Assembly: GCF_009914755.1 (NCBI RefSeq) | Contig: NC_060927.1 | Strand: one strand, 5' to 3' | Source of the DNA: the human T2T-CHM13v2.0 reference genome, Homo sapiens | DNA length: 64,000 bases | Shown here: positions 60,554 through 64,000 of the stretch, piece after piece | Numbering within the stretch: position 1 is the first letter of the stretch | How the letters are laid out: each line of letters opens with the position of its first letter | Translations under genes and position numbers: made by a program | The notes under the pieces: model-generated | Databases searched by the model: none | What the model saw: the letters and a program-made list of their open reading frames with translations, nothing else | What the model was told of the DNA's origin: nothing

Positions 60554-61838
60554 TCTAGTCAGACCTTGTTATCCCCGCAACGCTACCAATTTGCAGATGA
60601 AGCCACTGCCGACACCTGAAAGAAGGCTGTCTTCAGACCCTTAAAAGCCACAGCAGTGACGACTTTACCACACCACAGCGGCCGGCAGGTTCTGGAGTAG
60701 AGCTGCGTACTCTCATCTGCCCTGGTACTTCGCTGGGGAAAGGAACACAGCATAAAATGCCACTGAATACGAGGCATCTCAAGCGGTAAAGGCGGCACAG
60801 GAAGCACATTCTCAGTGTGAAGTGGCCACCCAAGGACTGCAGGAACTCAGGCACCAAGGGCTGCAACTGGCCAGGTTTCTGCAGGTGAAGGGACTTAGGG
60901 CGGCTTTGAAGAAACTAGAGCTTTGATAAGGGGACTTGGGTGGGGAGGACACAACACTTGGGAGGTGGTGTTGGCAAAGGAGGCATCCGCATTGACGAAC
61001 AGCTATGACAAGCTCCGAAGAGGGTGTATAAATAAGAGGTATGGCCAGGGAGGTTAGTGCTGGCAGAGGACTTACTGATGACATACTGTATTCCAGGAAC
61101 TACACTTTTACAGGTGAATTAATTCATCTGGATTTAGGATACATGAAGGTCACTGAAGAGAGGGAAATAAAAGTTGCACTTTAGGAAAAGTTAGCGGGTG
61201 GGTAGCTGGATCAGCAAGGGAGCAGATTAGAGGCTGGGAGATGATTTAAGAGGCTACTGTAATAATCCAGGCCTGGGTGGGGTAAGAACCTGGATTCGAG
61301 TGATGACAGTGGAAATGAGCACAAGAAAAAATATCACGCTCAGGAAGAATTAATAGCATTTGGTGTCTGATGGGAGGTGACCGAGAGAATATAAAGTATA
61401 ACCATGATTAGCTACAAGTAGAAAAGTAGTTTAAAAGTTTAGTAAAGCTTTTTCCTAGGAAGGGTATGTCAGATAAACTAAATCTGAACCAAGCACTGAA
61501 CTTTCAGAGAAAGGGATCTATCTAAAAGATGTCTTTTCTAGTCTTAAATACCACTAGGGAAGTAGATATTTTTGATCAGATGACACGCGATTTAGAAAAC
61601 CTTTTTGTAGAGACTCAGCAGTGTGGAACATATGGGACTTTCATACACTGCGTCTTGTCTTTAGCTGTCCCATCTGTGAGGTAAATGTACCCAATTTTAG
61701 ACATCCTAAAGAAGATAGATTACATCACTCTTTCTAATCTTTTCCACCATCAGAAAATTCATTATATCATTAATTCATTAGCAAATTTCATATTAATTGT
61801 TTTTTTGTACTGACTTGTGTATAAAGAAATTCATTCGA

Positions 61839-62146
<308 letters not shown>

Positions 62147-63049
62147 CATTCTACTGTAGTTATAAACCGTCCAGATGAAATTGGTTGTTAACAGTTGACT
62201 GGCAGAAATAGGATAAATATATGCGCAATACCAGTAGTTTATTTCTTCTTTCGGTAAACACCAGTATTTCCTAAGGATTACTCTGGAGCCGGCTGAAAGG
62301 AGGGACCTACAATTTCTTTAACACACAAGTGAGCCATCGCACTGTGGTTAAGATGGAGGAGACTGTCAAGGCCACGCGTGCCACCTGCACGTAGGAAAAG
62401 GCTGAGTGTGAGCATCGGTGGAACCAGGCCTCATCAAGGATTCCTTAAGCACACTGCACTAGAATTAGATTACTATAAATTGCATAAGTAATATTTAAAA
62501 TGCGTAGAGGCTACCACCTAAAGAAAACAGTAATTTGGAAAAACAATCCTTTGTCTGGAATCCAACAAACCCCATTTTCTTAAAAGATCAGGGTTTTGTC
62601 TCCATGGACTGTTTTCTAAATTATAAGGATATGAGACAATCCCATCTTCAGCAATGGCCTGTGTGCAGTTCATTTTCTTCTCATTCACTGCTGTCCTAGA
62701 CTGACTACATTTATTTCACCTAGGACATCAGTAATGAGTCAGGCAGCAGTCACTGGTACACCTAGCTACTGGATCATTAGTGTTTTTTCCTGAGGGCTTG
62801 AAATTCTGAAGTGCTCATTCTTGCAGTCATTCCTGCTTTCGACACAAATTTCTTCTGTAAACAGGCTCTTGGGATCCATCACTCTGCCTTTAAAATTTGT
62901 TTCATGACAGGCTCCTGTGCAACCAGCTAAGCATGTGGATGCTCACGGCACTGATGAAGTGGGGGCGTGGGGGTGGGGCCGGGCCCATCATGGCTTTCAG
63001 CATCAGAACCCCTTTTCTGCTTGCTGCCTCTTGTTCCTGTAGGTCTAGG

Positions 63050-63665
63050 GTGGCAAAGAAATACACAACTATCACGGGAACAAATGAAAATAACCCCAAA
63101 GTCCTTCAAGCAGTGAATGAATAGGCTGCGGTGAGTGCATCCACACAATGGAATACTGCTCAGCAATGAAAACCATGCATTCCTACCCAATACATTTTGC
63201 TAAGCCACACCCCAAACGCTACATTACACTCCATACGACATTCCGGGAAAGGCAAAACTACAGGCACTGCGAACAGATCGGCGGTTGTCACAGACTGGGG
63301 CTGAGAGGAGGTCTGGATTACACAGGGAAAAGCATCAGAGAATTTCTTTGGGACAGTGGGACTGTTTCGCAGTCTTGATTGTGGTGGTGATTACACGACT
63401 CTCTGCATGTGTCAAAACCTAGGATGATACACCAAAAAAGCGAATTTTACTGTAGACAAATTATAAAGATAGAAGACAGCAGCTTCCCCTGGGGTGGGAG
63501 TAGTGACCAGGCGGAAGCTGAGTTCACCTGGGGTGCCGGTCAGGCTCTATTTACTGAGCTTCATGATGGTTACACAGATGTTGTTTACCTGTAAAGAAGT
63601 ATTAAGGTATATGTACACTATGTACATCTATGCATTTTACATGGATGTTATACTTCAATAAAGTC
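63050..63665 (+). mobile_element. Ancient L1 3' fragments
   Basis: atccacacaatggaatactgctcagcaatgaaaa; gtgtcaaaacc...ttatacttcaataaa. Confidence 0.6.
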
Positions 63666-64000
63666 ACCTGAGCCCCATCTCTGTTCATGATGCTGTTTAG
63701 TAGACGCTAGGGTTTATTGCTTTGCCAGCTCTTAGGTAACCATTTGGGGTGAAGTGGGGAAAGAGCCAGTGGTGGAAAGTTAGTTAAGTAGTGACTATTC
63801 CTAGTCAAAGACAAAATATTTTATCTGGGCGATTTAAGTAATACTTTTCACACTATTATTTTAGGCCTGTTTTGAGACTCTCCACAACTAATGTTCTGGA
63901 GAACTGCTAGGAGCCGTTGGGTCTAGGACCGTACAGAAATGAGAATGGCTTATGAAACCTTGATGCTTTCCAGTTCCATGATTGAGACTGAGCAAGGGTG

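Noticed and set aside
62770-62890. Possible minus-strand exon after a TTTTAAAG acceptor with a short ATG ORF
   Set aside because: Short, no recognisable homology and no partner exon in the window.

Overview
Human-type genomic DNA rich in Alu, L1, MIR, L2, MaLR and MER elements. It contains the complete melanotransferrin gene MELTF (MFI2/p97/CD228) on the minus strand. I rebuilt 16 coding exons from GT-AG junctions (ATG at 53891 to TGA at 27555, 2217 nt = 738 aa): signal peptide, two transferrin lobes and a GPI-anchor signal. An alternative terminal exon in intron 6 gives a 302-aa anchorless isoform. A 3' CpG island overlaps the last exons and a probable antisense lncRNA (MELTF-AS1). Upstream of the gene lie a promoter CpG island, a 5x83/84-bp VNTR, an AP-1/E-box/SOX cluster about 2 kb from the ATG, and a 39x60-bp VNTR with higher-order structure. 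The left 25 kb is intergenic and holds a full-length processed RPSA pseudogene inserted into an old L1. This is a known locus and I see no novel multi-gene system. The best unexplained signal is an inverted, decayed copy of part of exon 9 inside intron 9 (52/62 nt identical, ungapped), which could base-pair with exon 9 in the pre-mRNA. Most ORFs in the supplied track are artefacts of repeats or GC-rich sequence. Repeat-family names and boundaries are by eye and approximate.
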